A DNA stretch of 57,809 nt from Chloroflexota bacterium (GCA_029555965.1 JAKQHY010000096.1:1-57809); one strand, 5' to 3'. Numbered from the stretch's first letter, positions 47,671 through 56,687 are shown. A program made the numbers and translations. Notes: a model not told the origin generated them from the letters alone.

Positions 47671-49128
47671 ATGATGCGCTTACGCAAATTTGGCTGGCTG
47701 CTCTTGCTCATCGCGGCGGGCGTCGCCTACTGGCTTCTCCCCATTCGCGGGCAGGTGATCATCACGCCGGGGGAAGTGGCGGACTGGCCCTGGCCGCGCC
47801 TCCGTCTGGAGCCGACCACGCCGCAGCCCGGCGACCGGGTGGAGGTGATGCTCACCGACGTGACGCCGTGGACTTTCGTGACGCTAACGGTGGACGGCGT
47901 CCCGGCACAGGCGCAGGGACAGGCCGTCCGCAGCGGCGTTGTCTGGACGTGGCGCTGGACATATACCGCGCCCGCCGCGCCCGCCGAGGTGATCTTCTAT
48001 CACGATTGTCACACCGGCTGCGTGGAGCGAGGCCGCTTCCCGCTGGGCGATCCGACGCCATCCCCCCGCCCGGCAACCACGCCGACGAAGCTTGGCCTAG
48101 TGATGCCCAGTCTCACCCGCGATTGGCACGGGCGCAGCGGCTGGGCCGTCGAAATCACCTACGCCCGCCGCGCCGAGGAGCCGTATTGGGGCGTGGACGA
48201 TCTGGCGGCGCGGATTACGGCGCATCACGCCCAGGGATTGCGCGTCCTCGTGCGCGTGGATTATGACCAGGAACAAAGCCTTCCGCCGACGGGCGACTAC
48301 GTCGCCCTGACCGAGTACCTGGAATACCTGCGCCGCCTGTCGCGCGACGCGCGCCTGCGCGAAGTCTACGGCTACGTGCTGGGCGCCGATTACAACACGG
48401 CGGAGGCAAACGGGTTGGCGGCAGGAAGGCCGGTCACGCCGGAGTGGTACGCCCGCCTCTGCAACGGCTATGGCGAGGACGTCAGCCACAGCGACAACGC
48501 CGTGCAAATCGTGCGGGCCGAAAATCCGCGTGTCCGCGTCATCGTCGGCCCGTTGCAGCCGTGGAGCGCCGATCAGGATGGTGCGCTGCCCTACACCATC
48601 AACCAGCCCTGGCTCAACGCCATGAACACCCTCGTCGCGCGGCTGGACGAAACCGCGCGCGCCAAAGCCGCTGCCGGCATCCCGCTGTCCGCGCCGGATG
48701 GCTTCGACGTGCAGGCGCCGGGCGCGCCGGATGCGCCGGAGATGGCGGGCACGCTCCGGGCCGACGAGCCGTCCGCCGAACTGCGCCGCGCGGTGTGGGG
48801 CGGCGCGCGGGCGGGCTTCGGCGTCTACCGGGACTGGCTGGACATCATCAACGCCTATCCGAGCACGCGCGGGCTGCCGGTCTACATCATCTCCACCAAC
48901 ACCTACGACCGCGCGGCGGGTATTCCGCCGGCGCAAAATTACCCCAAAGGCTGGCTCACCACCGCGCTGGACGTGGTCAACACCGAGCCGCAGATCGCGG
49001 CGCTGTGTTGGTTCCTCGACAATTTCCCGCACGGCGACCAGTGGGATTGGTTCAGCCTGACGCAGCGCCCCGGCCGGCTGGTGGACGCGGCGGAAGAGTT
49101 AGAGGCGTTGTTGCGGGGAGAAAATTAA
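47671..49128 (+). CDS. Secreted/membrane-anchored hypothetical protein with a TIM-barrel glycoside-hydrolase-like domain
   Basis: N-terminal signal/anchor and a Pro-rich linker. The domain shows alternating beta/alpha elements with conserved acidic residues. AGGAAA RBS. Confidence 0.45.
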   Translation: MMRLRKFGWLLLLIAAGVAYWLLPIRGQVIITPGEVADWPWPRLRLEPTTPQPGDRVEVMLTDVTPWTFVTLTVDGVPAQAQGQAVRSGVVWTWRWTYTAPAAPAEVIFYHDCHTGCVERGRFPLGDPTPSPRPATTPTKLGLVMPSLTRDWHGRSGWAVEITYARRAEEPYWGVDDLAARITAHHAQGLRVLVRVDYDQEQSLPPTGDYVALTEYLEYLRRLSRDARLREVYGYVLGADYNTAEANGLAAGRPVTPEWYARLCNGYGEDVSHSDNAVQIVRAENPRVRVIVGPLQPWSADQDGALPYTINQPWLNAMNTLVARLDETARAKAAAGIPLSAPDGFDVQAPGAPDAPEMAGTLRADEPSAELRRAVWGGARAGFGVYRDWLDIINAYPSTRGLPVYIISTNTYDRAAGIPPAQNYPKGWLTTALDVVNTEPQIAALCWFLDNFPHGDQWDWFSLTQRPGRLVDAAEELEALLRGEN

Positions 49129-49179
49129 CGCAAAGACGCAAAGACGCAGAGTAAGGAATTATTCTTTGCGTCTTTGCGT
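49129..49179. terminator. Inverted-repeat hairpin (CGCAAAGACGCAAAGACGCAGAG ... CTTTGCGTCTTTGCG) between convergent genes
   Basis: Built from gcaaaga heptamer units. Followed by TTAATTTTC on the minus strand, so it is a plausible terminator for the activase gene. Confidence 0.5.
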
Positions 49180-49207
49180 TGAAAAACGAGCTAGAAATGC
49201 AAAAGTA

Positions 49208-50137
49208 TCAACCACTCTTCACGGCAATGCCGTAACCCACCGCCAATGCCACAAAGGCCGCCATTTCGTCCTTGGTGGGCGTGGGCAGGTCTTTGGCTTT
49301 GTAATCCAGGCCCAGACTGCGGTACTTGTCGCCAGCGAGGCGGTGGAAGGGGAGCAGCTCGAGGCGCGGCGGGGGCGCAGGGCTGCCACTCTGCGCGCGC
49401 AGTTCCGCAAGATCGCGGATGTACGCTGCAATCGCGCCGATCTCCTCCGGCGTGGCGTTCACGGTCGGCACGACGGGGGTACGGAACACCACCGGCTTAT
49501 TCGTCGCCATCAGCCGCCGGTGATTGTCGAGGATGCGCTCGTTGGGAACGCCGGTGATAGCGCGGTGCTTTTCCGAATCCATGTGCTTGATGTCGGTCAT
49601 CACGAAGTCGGTCACTTCGAGCAGTTTTTCCAGCCACTCCCAGGCGTAGTTGGCGTCGGTTTCGATGACGGTGTGGACGCCCCCAGCTTTGCTGCGCGCC
49701 AGGATTGCGTAGGAAAAGTCCAGTTGCAGCGCGGGTTCGCCGCCGGAGAGGGTCACGCCGCCGCCGGACGTGGCGTAGAAGGGGCGGTCGGCCAGGACTT
49801 CGGCCAACACATCGTCCACACTCATCGTTTTGCCGGTGAAGACGAGCGCCTCGGCATAGCACGTCTCCGCGCACTTGCCGCAGGCCACGCACTTGTCGCG
49901 GTCGTACACTTTCGCACCGTCCACCATCCCATGCGCGCCCTGCGGACACACGCCCAGGCACGCCCCACAGCCGATGCACTTGGATGGAAACACCTGGATT
50001 TCCGGTTTGGGCGACCAGGTCTCCGGGTTGTGACACCAGAAACAGCGCAGATTGCAGCCCTTAAGAAAGACGGTCGTGCGGATGCCAGGGCCGTCGTGGA
50101 GGGAAAACCGTTGGATGTTCGTGACAATACCTTGCAT
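49208..50137 (-). CDS. Glycyl-radical enzyme activating protein (PflA/NrdG-like radical SAM with an extra 2x[4Fe-4S] ferredoxin insert)
   Basis: A CNLRCFWCHNPE radical-SAM cluster and two CxxCxxCxxxCP ferredoxin motifs. No glycyl-radical enzyme gene is adjacent. Confidence 0.8.
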   Translation of the reverse strand: MQGIVTNIQRFSLHDGPGIRTTVFLKGCNLRCFWCHNPETWSPKPEIQVFPSKCIGCGACLGVCPQGAHGMVDGAKVYDRDKCVACGKCAETCYAEALVFTGKTMSVDDVLAEVLADRPFYATSGGGVTLSGGEPALQLDFSYAILARSKAGGVHTVIETDANYAWEWLEKLLEVTDFVMTDIKHMDSEKHRAITGVPNERILDNHRRLMATNKPVVFRTPVVPTVNATPEEIGAIAAYIRDLAELRAQSGSPAPPPRLELLPFHRLAGDKYRSLGLDYKAKDLPTPTKDEMAAFVALAVGYGIAVKSG

Positions 50138-50297
50138 AGCCTGCCCAATTCCTCGCCTGAAAAAGTGTGATACGCGCGCTCAACCGATTGCTCATCGCGC
50201 CAGCGAGCCTATTTTACACCTCTTGGGGAATTGCCTACATCCCCCTTCAATGCTATGATAGCCTCATACTTTACCTTGACCTATAACGAAGGCATTG

Positions 50298-50735
50298 ATG
50301 AACCCTAAACCCGATAGATACAAATGGAACGCCCACAGCATCCAGGCCTTGCGCCGCCACATGGGGCTGTCACAGCAAGAGATGGCCGCCGAATTGGGCA
50401 TCCGCCAGCAAACCGTCAGCGAGTGGGAGACTGACCGTTACCGTCCCCGCGGCGGGATGATCACACTGCTGACGATGGTGGCAGAGCGCGTCAGCTTTCT
50501 CCCGACGGACGCCGCGCCGGACGCTTCCGGCGACTGGCCGGAACAACCTATCACGCGGCTCGCGCTCAAGCCGCGTGCGACAAGCGCCTTGCAGCAATCC
50601 GGCTTGCACACCGTCGCGGCAGTCGTCGCGCGGTGGCGCGAAAACCGGCAGGGATTGCTGGATATTCCCGACTTTGGCGAGCGTTCACTGCAAGACCTGG
50701 AACGGAAACTGCGCGACCTGGGGTTGATTTACTGA
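50298..50735 (+). CDS. Fusion regulator: N-terminal XRE-family HTH plus a C-terminal RNA polymerase alpha subunit C-terminal domain (alphaCTD)-like domain
   Basis: HTH GLSQQEMAAELGIRQQTVSEWE. The C-terminal ITRLALKPRATSALQQSGLHTV...IPDFGERSLQDLERKLRDLGL resembles the RpoA alphaCTD helix-hairpin-helix. Confidence 0.6.
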   Translation: MNPKPDRYKWNAHSIQALRRHMGLSQQEMAAELGIRQQTVSEWETDRYRPRGGMITLLTMVAERVSFLPTDAAPDASGDWPEQPITRLALKPRATSALQQSGLHTVAAVVARWRENRQGLLDIPDFGERSLQDLERKLRDLGLIY

Positions 50736-50738
50736 TGC

Positions 50739-50767
50739 TTGACAAGAAACACGTTTGCGTGTAGAAT
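50739..50767 (+). promoter_or_regulatory. Near-consensus sigma-70 promoter TTGACA-17-TAGAAT
   Basis: Seen directly in sequence, immediately after the regulator stop and ~80 bp upstream of the small ORF at 50845. Confidence 0.6.
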
Positions 50768-50844
50768 ATTCCTAATCCAATTGTCAGGGATTTTGTTTTT
50801 ATCTTCACTACACGCTAACGTGTATCAATCAAAGGAGGCCGCAC

Positions 50845-51042
50845 ATGGGTACTTATGGGTTGAAAGGCGCCATCCAGGCATGGGATATGGGCAAACTGAC
50901 CACGGAACAAGCCATCGGGCAAATCCTGCTGCTGCTGACGGAGCTGCACGAGCGGATCACGGCTTTGGAAAAAGAGGCGCGCGCCCAAACGAAACGTACC
51001 CCACCCCCACCCACCACGCCACCGCCACAAATTGCGGCATAA
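50845..51042 (+). CDS. Small hypothetical protein (65 aa) with a coiled-coil and a Pro-rich tail
   Basis: Strong AAAGGAGG RBS 5 nt upstream of the ATG. A consensus promoter lies upstream. Confidence 0.5.
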   Translation: MGTYGLKGAIQAWDMGKLTTEQAIGQILLLLTELHERITALEKEARAQTKRTPPPPTTPPPQIAA

Positions 51043-51251
51043 AAGCAAAGGCGCAAAACGTAGATTCATCACAATGTTACTCGGCAAGATTGGCGTAATC
51101 CACGAGCATCTTTCAGGGACACGGGTTGGACGGGCTGAACGGCTCACACAGATAATTTTTAGGATTTAATCCGTGTTCATCCGTCTGATCCGTTCAATCC
51201 GTGTGCAAAATTCAGATTGTGGCTCAGCCGCCTTCTGGCCCACGCTTTGCG

Positions 51252-52115
51252 TCACGATAGGCCGGGGACGCCGTTGACGGTGCCGAGGGCGATGAAACGC
51301 AGGCTGCTCATCACGCCGATGACAGCGAGGGCGAAGACGAAGCCCCAGACCAGAGGCAACCAGGCCGTCCGCCAGCCGGTGAAGGCGCGGTCGCGGCCCA
51401 GGAGCATCACAAAGATCATTGCGCCAAGCGTGACGAACATCGTCAGCACTCCCCACGCGCTGTAAAGAGAAACGGGATAGAGCAGCCAGGGTTCCAACAT
51501 AAGGATAAGAGCCGCCAGCGCAACCTCGATCACGACTAGCAACGCCAATTCATGCCACGAGCGCAGCACGCGGGACTCATCGCCATCGGCCCAGAAGGTC
51601 TGGTTGAAGGCCGGCGCGAGGATGGCGCTCATCCCCGCCCCCATCAGCACGCCGGAAAGCAAGCGCAGCCACGGTTGCGGCGCGTACCCCAGAATTCCTT
51701 CCGGGCGATTGAGCAACATCGTGGTGTACGAGTTGAAGCCGTCCAGCCCCCACACGGCGGCAAATCCGGCAAAGACGAGCAGCATCGTCCAACGGGGAAA
51801 ACCGCGCGCTGTCCGTCGCCGCCAGAGTCCCCATTGCAGCAACAGTCCCGTCAGTGCGCCGGGAAATGTCCCGGTGCAACGCTGGCACAGCGGCAGTTGG
51901 TGCTCGTGAATGAAGAAAGAGTGCGACGCGATACGATGACACACCGCCGACGCGATGACATCAATCTTGGCGAGCAAGCCCGGGGGCGTCAGGGCCAAGA
52001 AAGCAATGCTCCCCGCCACGGCAAGGAGCAGGCCGGCCCAGACCCAAAACGGGGCAAAATCGGCCCGGCGGGATTCCGGCGCAACGGGAGGGGTATCCAA
52101 GGGGGCGTTCATCAT
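51252..52115 (-). CDS. DUF2085 family membrane protein
   Basis: CHRIASHSFF...CQRCTG motif and multi-TM architecture. The start overlaps the upstream stop (ATGA). Confidence 0.65.
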   Translation of the reverse strand: MMNAPLDTPPVAPESRRADFAPFWVWAGLLLAVAGSIAFLALTPPGLLAKIDVIASAVCHRIASHSFFIHEHQLPLCQRCTGTFPGALTGLLLQWGLWRRRTARGFPRWTMLLVFAGFAAVWGLDGFNSYTTMLLNRPEGILGYAPQPWLRLLSGVLMGAGMSAILAPAFNQTFWADGDESRVLRSWHELALLVVIEVALAALILMLEPWLLYPVSLYSAWGVLTMFVTLGAMIFVMLLGRDRAFTGWRTAWLPLVWGFVFALAVIGVMSSLRFIALGTVNGVPGLS

Positions 52116-52705
52116 CCTGTCCGTAGCTCCGGCGGCAGATAGTCCATCTGATTAACTACAAAAAGTGACCAGGTGTCACGCCATCGTGAGTGGGTCCACT
52201 CCAGTTGATTCAATGCGGCATTAAACGGATACACGCCCAGCGTATCCGACCCCAACGCAATGCGCAATATCGTGCCAATGCTGCCGCCGTGCGCCACGAC
52301 CAGCACCGTGCGTTCGCCATCCAGATACGCGGCGACGATACGCTGCATCGCACCCAACACCTGCGCTCGAAAGCGGCCATATCCCGGCGATAACGCCGCC
52401 GCCGGCGACATATCCCACATCGAAACCGGCGCGGGCGCCCAACCATTTTCCCAATCCTCAAATTCGCACAGGCCCGGCTCGACCTCTGGCGTCATATTCA
52501 GATACGAGGCCACGATTTCCGCCGTGCGCCGCGCGCGCTGCAACGGGCTGGCATAAATCGCATCTGGCCGGCCATTCTGCGCCAGATATTGCCCCAGATA
52601 ATGCGCCTGCGTCTCACCAAGCGGCGTCAAGGGAGCATCCTTGCCCGCGCTTTCACCTTCCACCTGCCATACCGATTGTCCATGTCGCGCCAGTAATAGT
52701 TTCAT
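52112..52705 (-). CDS. Histidine phosphatase family protein (phosphoglycerate mutase-like)
   Basis: RHG catalytic motif (LLARHGQS) and the C-terminal His (VVAHGGSI). Confidence 0.8.
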   Translation of the reverse strand: MKLLLARHGQSVWQVEGESAGKDAPLTPLGETQAHYLGQYLAQNGRPDAIYASPLQRARRTAEIVASYLNMTPEVEPGLCEFEDWENGWAPAPVSMWDMSPAAALSPGYGRFRAQVLGAMQRIVAAYLDGERTVLVVAHGGSIGTILRIALGSDTLGVYPFNAALNQLEWTHSRWRDTWSLFVVNQMDYLPPELRTG

Positions 52706-52807
52706 AAGTGGCGATTATAATAGGGGAGGCGTAAGAAGCAAGGGTGGCGGATCGGCAGATCGGCGAATTGCGAATTACTCATTTCCCATTTCTCGAAAGG
52801 ACTATGT

Positions 52808-53560
52808 ATGGACATCATCACAGAACTGTTACAAGCCATTGCGCCCAACGCAGCGCGGGCGAAGCCGGTAGATGTGCGCATTGGCGCGCATTGGAGCATC
52901 ACAACCTTTGAAGTGGATAAACGGCTGCGGGCGGGGTTGTCTTCGACGTTGGGCGGCGGAGATGACCATCATCATGGCGGCGGATGGCCGGTGCGCGACG
53001 CCGGGCGGCTGCTGGATGCGGATGCGGCGACACTGGCCGCGCTGGCCCGCTCAGACAGCACGCAGGAGGCAAGCGTGGGCTTCGCCGCGATCAACGCGCT
53101 GCTGGATGTGGACGAGGCTGCCTGCGAAGAGCTTAACGCCGCCGACCTCCTCGCCGAGCAGGGCGCCGGGCGCAAAGTGGCGGTGGTTGGGCACTTTCCC
53201 TTCATCCCACACCTGCGCGAGATCGCCGAGACGCTGTGGGTACTGGAATTGCATCCGCGCGCGGGCGATCTGCCGGCCGACTGCGCCGCCGAGGTGCTGC
53301 CGCAGGCCGATGTGGTCGCGCTCACCGGTACGTCGCTGCTCAACCACACATTTGACGCCCTGATCGCGCTGTGCCGCCCGGACGCTTACGTGGTGATGCT
53401 CGGTGGGACGACGCCGCTTTCGCCGGTACTCTTCGACGCCGGCGTGAACGTCATTGCAGGAACACTCGTCGTAGATCCTGGTTTGGCCGTTCTCGCCGTG
53501 AGCCAGGGCGCCACGTTCAAACAGATTCCGGGGAAGCGGTTGGTGGTGCTCAGAAGTTAG
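52808..53560 (+). CDS. DUF364/DUF4213 domain protein (Rossmann-like, putative metal-chelation family)
   Basis: Family-level architecture similarity. AAAGGA RBS. Confidence 0.5.
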   Translation: MDIITELLQAIAPNAARAKPVDVRIGAHWSITTFEVDKRLRAGLSSTLGGGDDHHHGGGWPVRDAGRLLDADAATLAALARSDSTQEASVGFAAINALLDVDEAACEELNAADLLAEQGAGRKVAVVGHFPFIPHLREIAETLWVLELHPRAGDLPADCAAEVLPQADVVALTGTSLLNHTFDALIALCRPDAYVVMLGGTTPLSPVLFDAGVNVIAGTLVVDPGLAVLAVSQGATFKQIPGKRLVVLRS

Positions 53561-53640
53561 GAGTGAGGAGTGAGGAGTGAGGAGCAAGACAACTCGCAAC
53601 TCCTAACTCCTAACTCCCAACTCGCAACTCCTCACTCGTG
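53556..53640. terminator. Inverted heptamer-repeat hairpin (gagtgag x3 ... ctcctaa/ctcgcaa arms) between convergent genes
   Basis: Starts at the TAG stop of the DUF364 gene and ends at the pcm stop. The arms are imperfect reverse complements. Confidence 0.5.
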
Positions 53641-54243
53641 AATAAACGGCACAAACGCGACGCCGCCCATGTCTACACGCTCGATGCGGTCGCCGTGTTT
53701 GATGAATTTCCACAGGGTTTGATAGCCATGCGGCGGGCCGACGGGGATGACGAGCCGGCCGCCTTCGGCCAGTTGCGCCCACAGGGGTTCGGGGACTTCG
53801 GCAGGGGCCGCTGTGACGAGGATGCCGTCGTAAGGCGCGAACTCCGACCAGCCGACGTAGCCATCATCGAGTTTGCAGTGGACAGTGTAACCAAGCGCGT
53901 CCAGTCGCGCCCGCGCCGCCTCATAGAGCGCGGGGATGCGCTCCACCGTGTATACATCCAGCCCCATGGCGGCGAGAAGGGCGGCCTGATAGCCGGAGCC
54001 GGTGCCCAGCTCCAGCACGCGCTCGCCAGATTTGAGCGACAGAGCTTCCGTCATCAGCGCCACGATGTAGGGCTGCGAGATCGTCTGCCCATACCCGATG
54101 GGTAGCGGGTAGTCGCCATAAGCATCGCAGCGATGCGTCTCCGGCACGAAGGCATCGCGAGGAACCCGGGTGAGCGCGTCCAATACAAGCGTGTCGCGCA
54201 CGCCCCGTCGGCGGATGAGTGCGACCATTTCCTCATGCGACAT
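53632..54243 (-). CDS. pcm: Protein-L-isoaspartate O-methyltransferase
   Basis: SAM motif VLELGTGSGYQAALLA and the PIMT core. ATG at 54243 with an AAGAGGAG RBS. Confidence 0.85.
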   Translation of the reverse strand: MSHEEMVALIRRRGVRDTLVLDALTRVPRDAFVPETHRCDAYGDYPLPIGYGQTISQPYIVALMTEALSLKSGERVLELGTGSGYQAALLAAMGLDVYTVERIPALYEAARARLDALGYTVHCKLDDGYVGWSEFAPYDGILVTAAPAEVPEPLWAQLAEGGRLVIPVGPPHGYQTLWKFIKHGDRIERVDMGGVAFVPFIHE

Positions 54244-54397
54244 AGCGGCTCCTCTTATCGCCCGTTGTAGCAAAGTGATGAAACGTGAGGGGTGAGGATT
54301 TCAGGCAGGGATACTCTCATTATAACTCAGGTTTACGCCCTTATGACACATTTGAACCAGGATTTATGCAAATCCACTCCACAGTTACCCCTGGATG

Positions 54398-56362
54398 CTA
54401 GGGCTTACATAGAGTCTCTTCGCATAAGCGCAAATGCCCCACCGCATCGGTGAAGTCCCACCCTTGACTGAGAAGTGTCACCCCGATTTGATCGTAGCCT
54501 GCGCTCACTGCCGCCTCGGGGACGGCGACGCAATAGCGATTCAGGTATTCCGGCTGCAAGGGCGCGGGCGGAATTGACTGTTGGGCGATAAGGTCACTTC
54601 CCTCGTAGTAGAAGAGAGCAACGGCATCGGTATGATACAGGCTCACCTCAACGTAAGGAGCGTGCTGTGCGCCTGGCAGCGCAATCAACAGGCCGCCGGC
54701 GTTGAGGGTGAAGACTTCGTCCCACTGAACGGCGCCCTCTTTTATCGCGCTCATCTCTTGCAATGGCAGCCGCGAGGCATAATAGCTGTAAAACGCTTTG
54801 TCAATCAGGCGCTCGTACTGCCCGGTGTTCATCTTCCAAATCGCCTCCCAACGCCCCGGCGCAAACAGGCTCCCGCGCGTGATCAGCGTCAGTTGGTCGT
54901 AAAACCGCGCCAGGTTCGGGTCGGCGATGAGGGCTTCGCCCCGTTCCAGGGATGCCAGGTAGCCTTCCGGGAAAACCCGGCGGAAGTGCCCGATGCGCCA
55001 GGGCTGTTTGACGACGGGCAGCCGCGCCAAAAGCGGATCGGCCAGGGCGTTGTCATCCACAATGTGAACGCTAGGGCCGGCGTAGAAGCCGATAAAGCCG
55101 ATGGCGCCGCGCGAAAAGACGCGGGGGCCGTCGGTGCGGCGGTTGCGCCCTTCAACGGCCCAGGGGTGATTGGGCATCTGCACGTCACGCGCCAGGGTGA
55201 GCAGGCTGGTGGCCTGGTAATACACGCCGCGCTCGTCGCCGACGCCCTGATTGCCCGCGAAAGCGTCGCCGGAGAGACCGTAAGCGCCGTCGCTGATCAG
55301 GGTGGGGAAGGGGGACAGCAACCCCACCAGGAAAATGAGGGCGAAGGGCAGGTATTTAACCGAGAGGTTTTCCATAAACTCGCTTTGCCCCAGCAAGATG
55401 ACGGCGAAGAACAGCGGGGCGGTGAGAAAGCGCCCGCTCATAAAATCGCCGCCGACCCACACCACGTAGGCAACGTACAGGAGGATGCCCAGCGCCGCGA
55501 TCCAATCGCGCGTGACGCGCCGCTTAACCGTCGCCAGCAGCGCAAACGCTATGCCGGTCAGGGTCAGCGGATCCCAGTTGAGCGAGTTGAGCAGGTAGAT
55601 GAGGCCCTGCTTGATCAACTCATCGTGGGGGATTCCCGTGTTGAGCTTGGCGTAGTAGGTGTTGGGCAAAGCGAAGCCGTAGTAGACGATGGAAAAGGCT
55701 TCCCACAGCACGAGGGGCAAAAACCCTGCGCCCAGGGCCAGCCAGCCGCGCCAACTCTTGGTTTTCAACCCGGCATAGATCAGCGCGGGTGCAAAAATCA
55801 GCAACAGGTCCAGGCGAGTCAACATGCCCAATGCCGCGAAAAGCGCCAGCTTGCTCAAAGTTTTCGGGTCAAAGGTTTCCGCGCGAAGGTAGACCCACAG
55901 GAACAGCGCGATGAGGAGGTGCGTCAACGGGTTTTCCAGTCCCGACGTGGAATAATCCACGAAAGCCTTCGACAGCAGCAACAACGAGCCGCCCAGCAGC
56001 AGCGTCCAGGGCGAGCGCGCCGTTTTTGCCGCCCACAGCAGGGCGGCGCACGAGACGCCGATGGAGACGATGTGCAGCGTGAAAAAGGCCTCGCGGGTGA
56101 AGAAATAGAAAAATGCCAGGACGAACATCCACAATGGATGCGTGTACGCCTGCACCCGCTCGTTGACGTTCCAGGTCAGCCCGTAGCCGTGGACGAAATT
56201 GTCCACCGTGCGGAGCGTGATGTAAGCGTCATCGCACAACCAGGCGGTTCTGACCAGCAGCGCGACCCACACCACCAGCAACAACCACGCGACCAGGGTT
56301 TGAGAACGTCTGGCCGACTTCTGCCCCTCGGCACAGTTTGTCATGGGTTCACCTTCAAACAT
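54398..56362 (-). CDS. Large GT-C-type membrane glycosyltransferase-like protein (arabinofuranosyl/mannosyl-transferase-like)
   Basis: ~11 TM helices N-terminally with a conserved DDAYI-type loop motif (LCDDAYITLR), and a soluble C-terminal domain. Alternative start at 56344. Confidence 0.55.
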   Translation of the reverse strand: MFEGEPMTNCAEGQKSARRSQTLVAWLLLVVWVALLVRTAWLCDDAYITLRTVDNFVHGYGLTWNVNERVQAYTHPLWMFVLAFFYFFTREAFFTLHIVSIGVSCAALLWAAKTARSPWTLLLGGSLLLLSKAFVDYSTSGLENPLTHLLIALFLWVYLRAETFDPKTLSKLALFAALGMLTRLDLLLIFAPALIYAGLKTKSWRGWLALGAGFLPLVLWEAFSIVYYGFALPNTYYAKLNTGIPHDELIKQGLIYLLNSLNWDPLTLTGIAFALLATVKRRVTRDWIAALGILLYVAYVVWVGGDFMSGRFLTAPLFFAVILLGQSEFMENLSVKYLPFALIFLVGLLSPFPTLISDGAYGLSGDAFAGNQGVGDERGVYYQATSLLTLARDVQMPNHPWAVEGRNRRTDGPRVFSRGAIGFIGFYAGPSVHIVDDNALADPLLARLPVVKQPWRIGHFRRVFPEGYLASLERGEALIADPNLARFYDQLTLITRGSLFAPGRWEAIWKMNTGQYERLIDKAFYSYYASRLPLQEMSAIKEGAVQWDEVFTLNAGGLLIALPGAQHAPYVEVSLYHTDAVALFYYEGSDLIAQQSIPPAPLQPEYLNRYCVAVPEAAVSAGYDQIGVTLLSQGWDFTDAVGHLRLCEETLCKP

Positions 56363-56614
56363 AGTCTGATAGTCGTTAGTCAGATAGTCTGATAGCCATA
56401 GGACTTACGCAAGGATGGCGCTTTTGCACCGCAAAGCACGCTGAGGCCGCTGAGACCCTATAAAAATCTCTGCGTGCTCTGCGTCCTCTGCGGTAAATTC
56501 TCGCTCGTTTGCGTGAGTCTTTCTCTCCCACATGTAAATTTTATTACGGGCAGTTCAGGGGTCAAGAACGGGGGGCGTTTTATGTTCTGCCCCGTGCGAT
56601 AGTCCCGGTTGCTC

Positions 56615-56643
56615 TTGTCCCTTCGCCGTTATAAAGGTATAAT
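56615..56643 (+). promoter_or_regulatory. Candidate promoter TTGTCC-17-TATAAT
   Basis: Seen in sequence, ~45 nt upstream of the ACT-domain gene. Confidence 0.45.
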
Positions 56644-56687
56644 GAATTCAGTTCGTCCATTGGCAGATTTTCTGACCGGGTGCGCCG

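Noticed and set aside
50815-51147. 110-aa minus-strand ORF overlapping the small plus-strand gene at 50845-51042
   Set aside because: The plus-strand ORF has a near-perfect promoter and an AAAGGAGG RBS. The minus-strand ORF has neither and is antisense.
54581-56392. 603-aa plus-strand ORF antisense to the GT-C membrane protein gene
   Set aside because: The minus-strand product has a coherent TM topology and conserved motifs. The plus-strand translation is Arg/Gln/Gly-rich low complexity with no domain features.
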